Origin: Paraspadella gotoi
Taxonomy: Eukaryota > Animalia > Chaetognatha
Reading direction: 5' to 3'
DNA: 64,000 nucleotides
NCBI GenBank assembly: GCA_051294375.1
Contig: JBJCIZ010000239.1
Span: forward strand, 28,405 to 92,404
In this document: in pieces, positions 50,817 to 64,000 of the stretch
Layout: every line of letters starts with the position of its first letter
Position numbering within the stretch: position 1 is the stretch's first letter
Translations under genes and position numbers: made by a program
The notes under the pieces: model-generated
The model's database searches: none
What the model saw: the letters and a program-made list of their open reading frames with translations, nothing else
Told to the model about the DNA's origin: nothing

Positions 50817-53800
50817 ACGGAATGGACCAATTTTTTTATATTGGTATACTCTCCCAACAATTTCTTTGGGTATTCAATTAGTGTCTCGTCCATTTATGCC
50901 TATCTTTCGTCACATAATGGTTAACCCCCCTAATTATACTATCTTGCCCCGCGTTCGACGTTGCGATAAGAGACGATCGGAAAATAAATGCTGGGGGGGG
51001 GGTTACTACGGACGATTAGCCGGCACAGCCTGAGATCGACGCCAAAAAAATCCGATCACTCTGAGATCGCTTTACTCCCTTCAATTTCGCCAAGTCTCTG
51101 AAATCGACTTTTCCTCTTCTCTTTCTCTCCAGCCGCCGTCGAGTCTCTTCTTAACCAACACGTTCGCGTTCACTACATCCTTTTCACTAACCACCCCGCC
51201 GCCCTACACGTTTCTGCCCCTCATTCAATTACCTCATTCACGCCTCGAAGCACCCAAACTTCTTTTCCTATCCTCTGCTTTCCTCTCGAATTTACCCCTC
51301 TGACTTTATCCCAAGCTATTTCAATGCATACTATTTCCCCTCTTCTCTCTCAAGGAAAGGCGGGCCCAAAAACGTTGAAACTCGCACTCTTTATAACCTT
51401 TTTTTTTTCTAATGTCCTCTCAAAAATCTCTCTTCCTCTTTTCCTGTCTATTTCACCCCGTAAATCCACCATTTTGTCCCGCCACCCTCATCGCCCGACA
51501 CCCTTTCCTCTTGGAATTGGTAGGTTCAATTGGTTTGTGAGCTCTGACTGCAAGTTTTAAATATTTAATTATATAATATAATAACATTGACAAAAATTTT
51601 TTTCGTTAAAAAATTTAGTTTTTTATTACAAGAAGCGGCGCATGCGCGAGCCTCTCGTCACCATCCTAATTAAGGAGCCCTTTCGGCGCGGCGCGACGCC
51701 GAAATGGTTAAAGGTATTACACTTGCGATGGCAAATCGTTTGGTAAGAAGGGCGTTGCCGTCGAGTTACTAGTCATAATTTTTTTTTAACGCATTTCGTC
51801 TGTCACGACGAGAAGAAAGTTGACTCGTTTAAAAACACGGAGAAGAAAAAAAAAAACTAAAAAAAAAACCGTGAAAAAGTGTTAAAATCAGATCCATCCC
51901 GCTCCCCATTGGTACAACTTTGTTAGTTTTTTTAAATTTTTATCCAATAAACAAAAAAAAATTTTAAATAACATGTGCGCCAACGAACGAGTGCTGATTA
52001 AATAAACTTTATCTTAACTTTTGTAAAGCATCCGATCCTAATTCCCAGAATCCATTAAAAAAAAAATTGAAAAACTTCCCCACAGTACGGACAAAAGTAA
52101 GATCTCTCCGTTCGTCGCTTACACTTACGTATATCAGTAATATAGATCATCTTTAAATGCCTTCCCGTGCGGCCTTCCAGTTAATAACGTATATTCGTTT
52201 TTACAATTATTTTTAAATTCCAGACGTGTAATATTCCCTTCTACACCCAAGTGGTCACAGTTTAATTCCATTATTAATTTGAAACGAGAAGCTATCTAAT
52301 AGGTTTTTCAAACCCTGGTTTCGGTTTAGAGATGCGCGCCCTCCGAACCTGTAACTATCCCATCTCCTTCGTATGAATCCATCATTTGGCCATTCCTTAT
52401 TTTTCGTTATTCCGCCATTCTAATTTAAAATCCCGCCTCCTAGTCCTCCTAACTCCTCCTTCCTCCTTTTCCCTATCCCCAGTGATTCGGGTATTAATCG
52501 TGAATAGCCTCTGCCCGCTCTTTAAACCTTCTGCCGTCCACGCTCCACCTATGTGGGCGCAGTCCCCAACTTTTGCGTCCATGCCGTTAGGGGCCTAAGA
52601 CTCGCAACCACCGACGGCACTAACCGTATCCACCTTTGTGGGCAGTCGCTCGAGTATGCCCGCAAGTCTCCGCCCTTTTAGAATGCTGAGGTATTTCGAT
52701 CGACGATTCCGAACGACCAGAGTATTTCTTACTTTTCGTGCCGTTTCCTGACGTAAACGACTCCCCCGAGACCAATCCAATCCAACAAATCCACTGTGTT
52801 CAATCTTACCGGTACCTTTCTCTCCCTTCTCTTCCTCACCGGACCCGTATAAAATCTTATAAGTTAAGCCCGGACCTACATCCTGAAAGCCGACGACCCG
52901 ACGTATGCATCCTCCCGACACTTCCCGATCCGATGCGCGATCCGAACCGACCTCTCCGATTCCGGATTTCCCCGACGAACCTTAACCGGGATATTCCTCG
53001 AAACCGAACCCGAATATCAGATTTCCTCCCTCGCGAGGACGGTTCTTAGCCGTAAACCTTGCTTGTACAATGAAAACACTCCGTGAAAGTACACCCGAAC
53101 CTATAGGACAATGCCCCGCCTTGTTAGCGAATTCCTTAATCCTTAGTGGTCGCAGAGGAAGCAATCACAAAAAAAAAATTCCTACCCCTAATACCTTTGG
53201 TGGCCACCTCGCAAAATATCCCCTATGCAGACTCATACTATCTCTATCTTGGACACCTTAATTATCTCCTTTAACCTCCGTGTTGGGCGGCAATTTGTTT
53301 TCACATAATAGAACACTGCTCGTCTAATTCTCCTTGGCAAGTTACCTTAACCCTAATTTCCATTGGCCTCCTATATCCCTAATTCCTCTAGGCCTTAGCA
53401 TAAATGCCAAACACAAATAATACCTCCCTCTAACACATTAAAAATCCTTGCGTTACTACTGTGGCGGATATATTACTACACCGCCCTCACACCTAACCCT
53501 ATCTCACATCGTGATGGTCAGCCCAAAACTTCCAAATCTGCCCATGAGCGGGACCCTAATTATTCTTCGGCTCTTCATCCTACACAACCCCTCTAAACCT
53601 CTCCCCCAGTGTCGTGTACTGCTCAAATTCTCCTCACCCCAGACCTTTTTGCTAATTCCCCTAAGACTTCTAATATTCCTCGGCCCTCACTTAAACTCCC
53701 CTAAACCCTTGCAATCCTTGTAGGCCTAATCCCTTACCCTTTGGGCCTATAATCCCTAACCTTAATCCTGCCCTAAATCTTCGTTTAACCCCTTAATCCT

Positions 53801-56800
53801 TATGGCCCCTAAACCCTACGACCTAATTCATGGCCTAACTCCCTAACCCCTAACCCTTCCCTTTAATCTTATAAGAATTTATATTTTACGGAGAAAAAAA
53901 TTTCCGCCACGATCCTTTCCCCCTGCGAATCCTTTTTGCCGGATCCCTTGTTTTTGTGCTCCTCCCTTTCACAGAGAATCCACCACAACTCTCTCGCACA
54001 AACAGTCGAGACCCGGAATCAGTTTCCTTCCGGTAGGGATTATAACAACACAAGACAAAGCTTCAAACTCTCAGTGAACTGGAGATAGGTTACAGATCAA
54101 ACGTGCGTTTGGGTCGGGAAAAGCCACCCATTAAGCCAACAGTTAAGTGAGATGTGCCACCCATTCCCAAAAAAAGTAAGAAAATCTTTGTGTGTTCTAT
54201 TCTGAGGCATACTTTTACGCACTGTTGCCAAAATAACTTAATAAATTAGAAATAAATTTATGTATTTTTTAATTTTACAAATAACTTAGAATCTCCCTTT
54301 CCAGGCTCTCCCTGTTGCCAGTCACCGGCGAGGGTGTCGAGAGTTTATTGCCCAGTAAATCTCTAATATTAATCCACCAGATTGTTTTACGGGTTCACTC
54401 CATTTCGTCAAGTTTTTTTTTTTTTCTTCAAATCGCTCCGATTTTTCATTCGCCCCCATATTCTGGGTACCTCCTCACAACTGCCACCCATTGTCGCCAG
54501 GCATTATAAACATGCTCGACTTAATCGGTCTCTTCCTCTATATTGGAGTGTACCAAGAGCCGCAGACGAATTCAACTAACCTCTGCGCAATGGAAAGAAG
54601 ACCAGGTTTCTGGGCCGACGTGTGTCCCACGGCCCACCTCTCCTTTACATTAAGAATATTTTTTTGCTAAATCCTCGTGCGGAGACTCGAAGTGTGTCTT
54701 CCCAGGCCGCCCGCCCGTTCAAGAAGGGAAAACAACCGGTAGTCCACTTAATAAATCCGTTTATTTTATCCGTTCCATCCCATCTCGTGTATCTCTCTGA
54801 GCAATCCATCGCCAGTCGCGCCGACATGCCTTCCATCTCCATCCATCGCCAATCCATCGCTACTCCTCAAGAGATTTAACTCGCAGCCTATGTACCTTTT
54901 TCACTTTTATCTAACTGCCCACTTTCTCACTTTAATCACTCGCCACTCCTAACCTCCTTTGTTATTATTCATCGAGCATTTTTCTCACTGACACCACCTC
55001 ACATCTTAACACCGACCTTTCTCACTTCAAATTCTCATTTTCGTCTTCACTCCATACACTTCACCCATCTCTAATCAACTTCCGATGCCGATTCAAAACT
55101 TTTATCACTATCATTTCTCCCATCTCTCTCACCGCCAACTCACCCTGATTTCGATATCACTATCACTTTTCCCCCTCATATCTCTCTCACCGTCTCTCCC
55201 CTACACAATCTCTCACTGTACCTCCCACGTCGTCATAGGCTAAGTCGCGCTCCTTCAAACTTTCGCTTCCTCTCCCTTTTCGCTGTCTTTAGGAACTTGT
55301 TTCGGCTAGCTTACGTTATCTACTCGCCAAACCTTCCTCTCTCTTTATCCGTCTTTAATATCTACTCCCTCTTCTTATCTCCTACCTCACCCTTCTCCTA
55401 CTTTTCCAGCTCTCTCGGCACCTCGCCAAGCCGTCTTCTACCTCACGCAACCTCACCTTCCTCGGACGGAAAGCCTGGTGCCCCTCCCTCTCTCCTTCGT
55501 CTTCCTCCATTACCCAACCTACTCCCACATTCCCGCCCGACCCACTGGATCACCCGCCGGTCTTAGTCTGCTCGCGCCGCTCTTGCGCTAGTTCGCCCAC
55601 AAACCCGAACGGGAGCCTTGAGAAGGGCGGCCTCGATCCGCTGGACTGCGTCAATGCGCCAAGCGCGCTCCTTCGTACAACTCGCCCGGGCGGACTCGGG
55701 CGCCGTCCGCCGTCCAACTCCGTTCAACCGGCTTGGCCGGCGGGCCTCACGTGCCAACGGGACATGCGGCCCCCCCGACCGTCCGATTTTCTCATTCCTT
55801 TCTGGCGCAAACCGGTACGCCCCGCGACTACCGCCGCCGCCAGCATGCCGGCCGCGCAGCCCCTGGTCGACCCACCCGGAGCGGGTCCACCCGCTCCGTT
55901 GGTTCCCTAGCGCCTGTCCGTTTCGGCCCCAGCGCCGCGAGTGTGCGCGTGCGCCCGCCCGCTGGAATTCGGGCGTTTTCGAAATTCTGGCGCTCTCCGG
56001 GCGTCGAATCACGCGACGACGAATGAACGATCGAACAGACTTCGCGATCCAGAACCGATGAGACCGTCGACGTACCGCGAGGAAGCAGTCCAATCTGCCT
56101 GTGTCCGTCCTGCAGAACCTGCTGGGAAACCATGGTACGAGGGGGGGCCTGTTCCGTCGCAGGTGGGATGGGGCCGGGGATTGAAGTCGTCGAGTCATGT
56201 CCCTGACGGGTGGGAGCATGAGAGATCTTAGTTGACTTCGATCCTGTCGAGATGGATCGTGAATTAGAAAGAGGAGATGAGCGGAACGCACCTGATGTGA
56301 CTCGCGGAGAGAGATGAGGAGGGACGGTCCTCATTGGCATAAGGCCCCAAGGTTGAGTCGATCTCGTCGAGTTTCAAACAAGCCTCGGCGAACTGAGAAA
56401 TTCGGGAGGTGGTCGGTCCGTTGGCGGCCGCTGACTGCTGACCTATATCTATATGGATAGAGGAAGGCTGTTCACGCTGGTCACGGCTCTTCCGCCAATT
56501 GTCGGACTCACCGAGTCAGGTCGGGAGTGATAGGACGCCGAGATGTGGGACGAGATTAATACGAGCGGCTGCCTTGGCGGAGAGGCTTCGTTGATTGGCA
56601 GCCAAGGAAGAGGGGTTACAGAGAAAGCGTGAGGAATTGGGGTGATGAGCGAGGGAATTGGAAAGCAGATTGGAACCAATACCAAAATCCGTTTATGGTG
56701 GATGTCCGTTATCCTTGATATTTTTAAAATGTAAATGATAAGATGTATAATGGAGATTGAACGAAGAGATTAGAGAGTCCATCAATAGTGTAAAGAATCA

Positions 56801-59100
56801 AGAGATATTTTAGTTATGTACAGGGTGAAGTGAGCAGGAGATGTAAGAAATGCGTGAAAATCGTTCAGCCAAGCTGGTAAATGATGATGGAAGACCGAGA
56901 ATAAGCACTTTTGAAAATGGAATGCATGTTTCATGGAAGAGGATGTAAATTTGGAGTTAAATGATAAATCAATTTTTGTTAAAAATTAATTAGAGAAGTA
57001 TAGAACCAATGTTTTATGATTAAACAATGTTGAAGACAATGAATGATGACGAAATTGCTTGGCAACCCACAACTCCACAAAATTCCTAGTATAGGAGACC
57101 GTTGAATGGCGAGGATTCAGTTGATAATAAATTTGGAGTGAGAGGAGAGACTCTTCAAGGTAATTTTGGACATTATACGAATGTTTCATGTTTCCTGAAA
57201 TGATCAATAGAATATGTAGATAAAGAGTATTAATTAAAAATGAAAAGTTGATGGATATTTATTAATTAATTTGAATTAGAGAAGTTAAAATTTACTTTAA
57301 AGAACTATTTCCTAGTTCCTTCGCGCATCGCAGACTCTGGGGAGACAAGAGGAGCGGCTCCTCTTCTCGACGCGCCACTTATCGCTGGATGCTCGGGGGA
57401 CGAATGAAGACCAACGACTACCATCAATATTACGTCGCTGTGTGCAGATGAAAGTACTGGTAGCTGTTTAGATAGTGGTCAAAATTTGGGGAGGAGAGGA
57501 TGAGAAGGAGAGAGAAGACTTAGAGGAGTATGGTGTGAGGAAGGAGAGTGAAACCCGGTCGTGCGGACGACCGTCTATTCCCGCCTCGAGAGACCGACCG
57601 ACCGAGACCTTGAGCCTAGTATGTGAGAGGCTGCGGGGCAGGGAGAACCGGAAAGCGAGGGCTAAAGGGGCCTTAAGAACAAGGTGAATCAGGGTGAGCT
57701 GGCGGTGGCTGAGAGGAGACCCGGAATGGAACACGGGGAAGAAAGAACCGTATTTCCTCAAAATCCTATGTTGTAGATGGTAGAGAAATGGGGGAAGAAG
57801 GTGAGTTGGAGGAGAGATATATAAGAGGTATTAATAGAAGGAGGAAGAAGAGCCCGAGAGCAGAGCGAGACGACTAGCGAGAGACAGCTGAGAGCGAGCC
57901 CCCGCCGCGGGTCGGGCGCAAAGGGGACTATAGATCCATCGGTCAACCGAATTGCCCAAATGTTCTCGCTTTTTTTTCAAGTTCTCTTTCGTATGTTCTT
58001 TCTCAATTTTGACTTTTGACGGTGTTAACGCTCGAGTTAACGCGACTTGAGCCCCGAACCCGCGTTTTTGTGGGACGATGGAATAAGAAAAATATTATTA
58101 TTTTGTTTTTTAAAGTTTCCGCAACGACTTTATTATATATTAACTTTACTACTTTCGCAAAACCTCTCATTTTTTAGGTTACTGCAGTATGTATTTAAGT
58201 TATTTAAACAATGTTTTTTGTGTGTGTCCCTTTGTTGGGGAATTTTAGTTATCCCAATTACATTTTATTACTTCACTTTTTAATTGAAGCTAGTAACGTA
58301 CTTAGCTTAGCGCAGTCTGCCATGTGCAAATCCTATTCAGCGGATGACTCCTTTTCTACAATATCTTTTTTAAAAATTGAAAACATCAAGACAATCGTTT
58401 TCACATTTAAGCTTATTTCAGTTCGCAAAGCCTAACAAAACAATCATAGCTTCTATTGTATAAATGTATTTTTAATCTTTTTTAAAACCGCGAATTGATC
58501 TTCGGCATCCCATGTTATCGGACGGCTTGATAGTTAGCGCGAAATCATTAAATTTAATTTAAAAAAACCGATTTGGGACATTTTTGAGAAATGCAAGCGG
58601 AGGACGGCGCGATACTGAAGCGGAAGGTGGAAGAATGGCGAAAGGGGCGACGGATCGAACGAGGATGTGATGAGATCAGAGCGACGCATGACAGCAGATC
58701 TCTTCATGACAATACAAATGGAACCACCATCATCACAATCTAGTAACAATTGTAAATGATGGTGGAATGATATTAGTGATATTTTTGAGATCAAGAAGAG
58801 AACGATCCGAGAACAGATATGTGCGCAGAGGATCTGAGAGAGCAGCAGAGAGGAGCCCCCCGGACGGATGTAGAGAGAGAGAGAGACGAGGGAGACCACC
58901 GACGGTTGGAAAAAACAAATGGAAAACGGAGCGCATCGTTCCAGTCAAAACATATTCTGAGCATTGTGATGGAAAGCGACGAATGTGCCTCGTGCAGAAC
59001 TCGGCGATCCCTAATAAGCTTCGGATTTAGTAGAAAGGGAATGCCAAAAGGGTCATTCCGGTTGAAAGGAAGACTAACTCAATAAGGTACCCGAGAGAGA
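50817..59100. repeat. Copy A3 of the block, progressively corrupted by insertions
   Basis: Anchors: 51030/35697, 52050/43155, 53890/44208, 54565/44514, 54750/44598, 55960/45293. The spacing between anchors is inflated. Confidence 0.85.
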
Positions 59101-59899
59101 GTTCTGAGAGACGAGAGAGGAACCAGTACGCCTTCCCTCGCCAAGAGATCGTCAACCGGATGCAAACTCATTCCACCCCAGCAAACTCCCCGAGAGGGAT
59201 TGAAGCAGCTTTCTCTTTTATTCTTCAAAACATGGGAAAAACGTGAACCGTCGAAGAATCGCAACGGCGGCCCAAAGTCCAAGCCCTCGGACGGCGCTCG
59301 TTGAAGTGCGGTAGACTGGTCCGCCTCCCTTTTGGCTGCCAGGGACGCCGACGACGACGAAACAACCTCGACGCTAATCATCAACGACGTCGGATCTCTT
59401 ACGGTTGGAGCGGATGGCGTCTAACAATGAACGATGAGGGGGGTCGTGGGGCGGAAAAAGGATGTCCCAAAAGGCACGCCATGATCCTTCCAGGTTTGGC
59501 GCTGGAGGGTCCCCGGACCCCCAAGATTGTAGGCGAAGAGTTAGCCGTCAAAAACGGAGACGTTTGCTCGGAGCCTTGGCGCGAGTCCTTGAGCGGAAGA
59601 TTGGTCGCGCAAGTCTACCGAATTGCCACCAACAGAGTCGTCTACAGTTTTCTTCTGCTTCTAGCCAGTTTCTCTCAGTTCCACTCGGTCACAAGCCCAC
59701 TTACAAGATCGGAGGCCTCCGAACCCGAGTGACCATCCGTGAGAGCCGAGTTGAAGGCTGGCGTTCGAGAGGGGAGAACGAGAGGATATCGAGGACAACC
59801 TTAGAGGGAAGAGTGGAATGGAACCGGAAGCGGAAGAAGACCCATGAGGCGAGCGGCGGAGATGAGAGAAAGGGCTGTAGGTGCAGGGCGTTCACCGAC

Positions 59900-62800
59900 C
59901 GGTGTGCGGATCAAGGAACGAATACGAACGAGAGGAGAGAAGTAAACCCAAGAGGCAAGTTTGTCAAAAATTTGGTGGAGAAACAAGAGCAAACTGCTCC
60001 GCGTCCTCGCCTTTCTATTTCTCTGAGGCTGCTCAAACAATTTCCGTAAGGACATTGCAAAGATCGAAAATAAGAATTTACGCCAACAAAAACCAAGTTC
60101 GAATTTCCTCTTCTTCGTTCCGGATCGTATGGTGAGATGACCTGACGAATCGCGGAGCTCCTCATTCTCTTCCGTCTCTTCCTCAAAACGAGCTTACAAG
60201 CGTCTTTCGTCAAATGAAAGAACAAAAACTCAAATGACGGGAATTCGGGAATCGTGGAAGAAATTGGCGCCGCTTCGGTGCCGCCATCGGAAACGGAGAA
60301 CGGCAGGCGATCGGATACGACGCCAGACGCGGAGTTTCTGTCGCGGATTCATCGAGAACCCGACTTGACGAACATCCCCATTCTCCGTCTCTTGTTGCAA
60401 TTCTGGAGCTTCGTTCTTCGCTATGAATGGGTCGTCTCCACTGCGAGAATGGCTGGTGGAAGTTGGTTACTGCCCATAAATCAGTCAAAGGAACGAAGCA
60501 AAGGATCTTCCTTCCTAAATGTGGTTCAGTTGTTGGAGGACGATGACACGAAAGAAGGACAACAAAGAACGATCATCCAGTTTGGAGCTTTCTTGTTCCG
60601 TCCTGGATAACACCATATACTTCCATGAAAAAGGATCGATTGCAAGACGTATGTTCACCTACACGCATTTGCGTCCCTTCCAAACTCTGTCTATGAAGAT
60701 GATCCTCGAGAGGTCCTCGGCAAACGAAGTCGACGCCTGAAGCTCATGGCTTGGTGCGCCATCAATTTAGGCCACCAACGTAACGCCAACGCTCAACTCA
60801 TCGCCGTAGATTTACCTGGGAAAGCGCCTCGCCTCTCTTCCAGCCGCTGCCTTAACTATAGGTGAACAAGGACAGATCTCCTCAACTTTGAGTAAGCTGC
60901 GGACAAAAAAATTGTGTTTTGACTTTTTCTTTTTAAAGGCCGGACTAGAAATGTCTGCAAGTGTTCAAAATCAATTGGAATACATGTTGAGACAAGTATA
61001 TAAGTGAGAGAACACTAAGACGGACAATTACCAATTTTTAAAGGCCTATTTCAACTATCAGTGTAAGCATCATCCTTTTTAAAAAAAGAAACACGAGTGG
61101 AGGTGTTAAAAGTTTTCATTCAGACCGACTGGGAATTTTCGTTTCTTTATGAGTAACAATGTATTTAATGTATGTTATCCTAAACTACCCCAAAACCTTT
61201 AAACCAAAACCCACATATGTGAAAGCCCTACAAAATCGCTCGCGCCCCCAAAACGTCTCTAGCATATACACGCAGAGAATTGCTCCTAGCAAGGGCGGTA
61301 CAAAAAAAAGAAATATAGTTTCAACAAGAGAGGCGCTCGCGACGAAGATCCGAAATACTGCCAGTAATCAATGTTCCGAATATTTCGTGAGAATCGCGAC
61401 GGAGACCCCGACTCCAAGAGAGCGCCAAATGAACGATTTGATTCCAGAGCATCCACGCCGATTCATTCCCCATTTCAACTTCTCCACGAGAATACGATTG
61501 CGACCTGTATTGCATTCGTACTCGTCGATTTCGTATTCTGACAAGGGAAATTTATGTCCATACGCCTCGGAGAAGTGCGGAGAGGCCTGGGTAATAACTG
61601 TTCGCCTTGCCGCGACCTCACTTACTCTCGGCAAATTGTACGTATCATCCAGTGGTCAGTTTGCATGCCCCCGGCGGAGTATTGATCGACAAAGCCGCAT
61701 TCGATCAGAACTTTCGGTCAAATGAGGAGAAACGGTAACAGAGAGAGACGGAACCAAACTCACTAAAATTTATGCATCAAAACACGGCTGCCTCTACTTA
61801 CATCGCAAATCTTTGGCTGTCCCTGGCGATCAAGACTCAACAACCCGGAAAACTTCAGTCCCGGTGAGCTGGCGCAGAAAAGGCGAATGTTCCCTACGCT
61901 CAACCACACTCAAGAGGGCCGCACTAGCCCGCTCGCGGTGCCTCTCGCCATTACAGACCTCCCTCGTCTTGAGCCTCTCGCTGCCCGGTGTGCCACTCTC
62001 CCGTTGCAAAGAGGCTGGCACGGGACACCGGCTCGAGGGACTGCTCTGGCGACGCTGCCCTCTTGGAGAGATCGGAAAAGTAGGCTGTTACTTCTGGTGG
62101 AACGAATAAAAAATTGAAAATCCGAGAAAATTAACGTTTCAATCCTCAGCATGTCGATACCGATATATAACATCAAGTCATTCTTCGTCAAATAATCTCT
62201 CTACGATTTCCACCATCATCAAGCCCACTGCGGAATTTGTGCCAAGCGGGAAAGGCTTTTCGATTACTGGATACGCCTGGCCCACTTCCTCGTTCAAGGT
62301 GCTGTCGCGAGCGACCACAATTGCGATCTTAGGTTCGCAGCCACGTATGCGAGTACGGCGCCCGAGAGAACCGCTCTCGAAGCGTACACAGGAGAATCTC
62401 GGATCAAATCTCTAGGAAGGTCTTTTGTCGTTGCTCCAATAATCTCCTTGATCGAGCTGAGAGGTAATCTCCGAAGCGCGACGAAAGAATTGCAACGGCA
62501 AGACGACGCCTCGACGATCGGTCGTTGGCGTGCTCGCCCTTTGCGTATGGGCAAATCGTTACTCCGTCCAGTCTTGCTCTGTTGTTTTGTATGTAGATCG
62601 AACGATCATATTCTGGATTACATACATGCATCAACAACCGCGAGACGAAAGATCGGTCACCCGTCAATCAAACGAGTTAACTCTTAAGGTAATGTGATGG
62701 AGGACGGCAAATGCGGCCGCCAAGAGCCACCCCAACGCCGTCGAGAAAGCAAAGATCTTTTCTTATCTTGATCTTTTCTATGCTTTTGTTCTTTAGATAC

Positions 62801-64000
62801 GGTTTCGGTTTTTCTAAATTACAAATTTCTTTTTCGGTGTACAAAACTATCGGTTTCACGCGTGACTTGGGTGTGTCGTAATTGTCTTTTTTATCTTGTC
62901 AATCTTCGTGCGGACTGAAGCAGTATTAGTCCGCGTGGTATCCCTGGAAATCAAAGTAAAAGACCTTCTCATACATCTTCTGTTGTGAAAGGCGATGTGA
63001 CGGACCGCTTCCGATCCATGCTGGCTCTACAAATAAGCAATGCGTCCGAGTTTCGCGAGCTCGCTGGTCGTGCTGCAGCTTCTACCCGTCGATCTGCATG
63101 CCACGACTAAGGTTTGAGCCGCACGAAAGCCCGATGGATGAGAAGGAGCGTGGTAGGAACCCTTGACCTTCCACGGATCGAGTCTAGCGCAGCGTTGAGC
63201 CTGCATCACAGGCCGAGTCTCTATAGGATCGAGACACGTGATCTGCCTCTGGCCGGACCTCGTCCGACGACCGAACTATTAGTCGATTGACCCGTAGGGA
63301 AGCACACCCTTTCCCTCCCAGTAGACTTTTTGACAGGGAAACCATATGTGATATTTCCCTGTGAGCCAGAGTGTCGAAGGATTGGTCTATATCCACAAGA
63401 CCAAAATTGAATTAAAGATACCAAAAAAACCATCAGTGTGAAAACTGGCAGACAGCGATCACCAGATGGCGGAAAGTTGCCGCTGGCCAATGGCACAAAT
63501 TGCCCATTGACCCGACAGATAGGATGCCCCACTAGGTCAACTATAGTAGATCGATCATTGGAATATCGACTCATCGCTCGCACGCCGTCGTGAACAATAA
63601 AACGTCTTCGTCGACGGGAAACTAGATTTAATGGTGACTGCTCCGATTCCCGTTCAAAGATCCGCCCGAACGTAATCTCGATGCAACAATGACCAATCTT
63701 TTCCTTTGGTGGCGCGACGAGGAAATAAAGTGGTGCACGTAAAACTGTTCGTGTTGAGAGACGTAGCAAAAGCATCTTCATGAAGTGAGTACTGTCCTTG
63801 TACCTGAAGGCCCGGCCGGTGTTCGTAAAGAGATAGGCTGCGAAGTCCTAGTTCCCCCTTGTACACGTGGTCCGGAGAGGATGAGATTGAGAGCGTACGA
63901 TGCGCCTTGTAGTTTGTGGCTCCAAAATTCGAATAATGGAGCCCTGAAAGGATCCCATCTCGGGATGCTCTCGATCCCCGTCCCGACTGTCGCGCGGCGG
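59900..64000 (+). mobile_element. Possible corrupted Polinton/Maverick-type protein-primed PolB region
   Basis: Microsatellite-free DNA with ordered motif fragments readable only by allowing indels (acc atc atc..gcc cac = TIIAH at 62212; aaa ggc ttt.gat tac tgg ata = KGFDYWI at 62251). Confidence 0.25.

Noticed and set aside
55563-56340. GC-rich overlapping ORFs of 150-240 aa
   Set aside because: This is the corrupted third copy of the MFS last-exon region padded with inserted sequence.

Overview
Repeat-saturated, AT-rich eukaryotic DNA, probably an invertebrate animal. It appears to come from a hybrid assembly in which accurate contigs alternate with indel-ridden long-read fills. Nearly all ORFs in the track are translations of microsatellites ((AG)n, (GAC)n, (CCGA)n, (TTTC)n) and are not genes. 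The one gene I can recognise is the 3' end (three exons) of a minus-strand MFS/spinster-like transporter, present in two noisy copies (31.3-34.2 kb and 45.1-50.3 kb). A ~10 kb block (24.4-34.8 kb) recurs at 36.3-50.8 kb, and partly again at 35.0-36.3 kb and 50.8-59 kb. These copies are mostly bounded by 25-N gaps, so they are most likely false duplications of two haplotypes. The second copy carries four insertions absent from the first, including a hAT-type foldback MITE with a clean empty site. Other mobile DNA includes a 976-bp palindromic hAT-like MITE with an 8-bp TSD, a Helentron/HINE-like element, a GGG-terminal TIR MITE family, and an abundant ~205/350-bp dispersed and tandem repeat. 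The most interesting lead is a tRNA-SINE-like repeat whose body resembles a degenerate twister ribozyme. The last 5 kb may be a heavily corrupted read of a Polinton/Maverick-type DNA polymerase gene (speculative).
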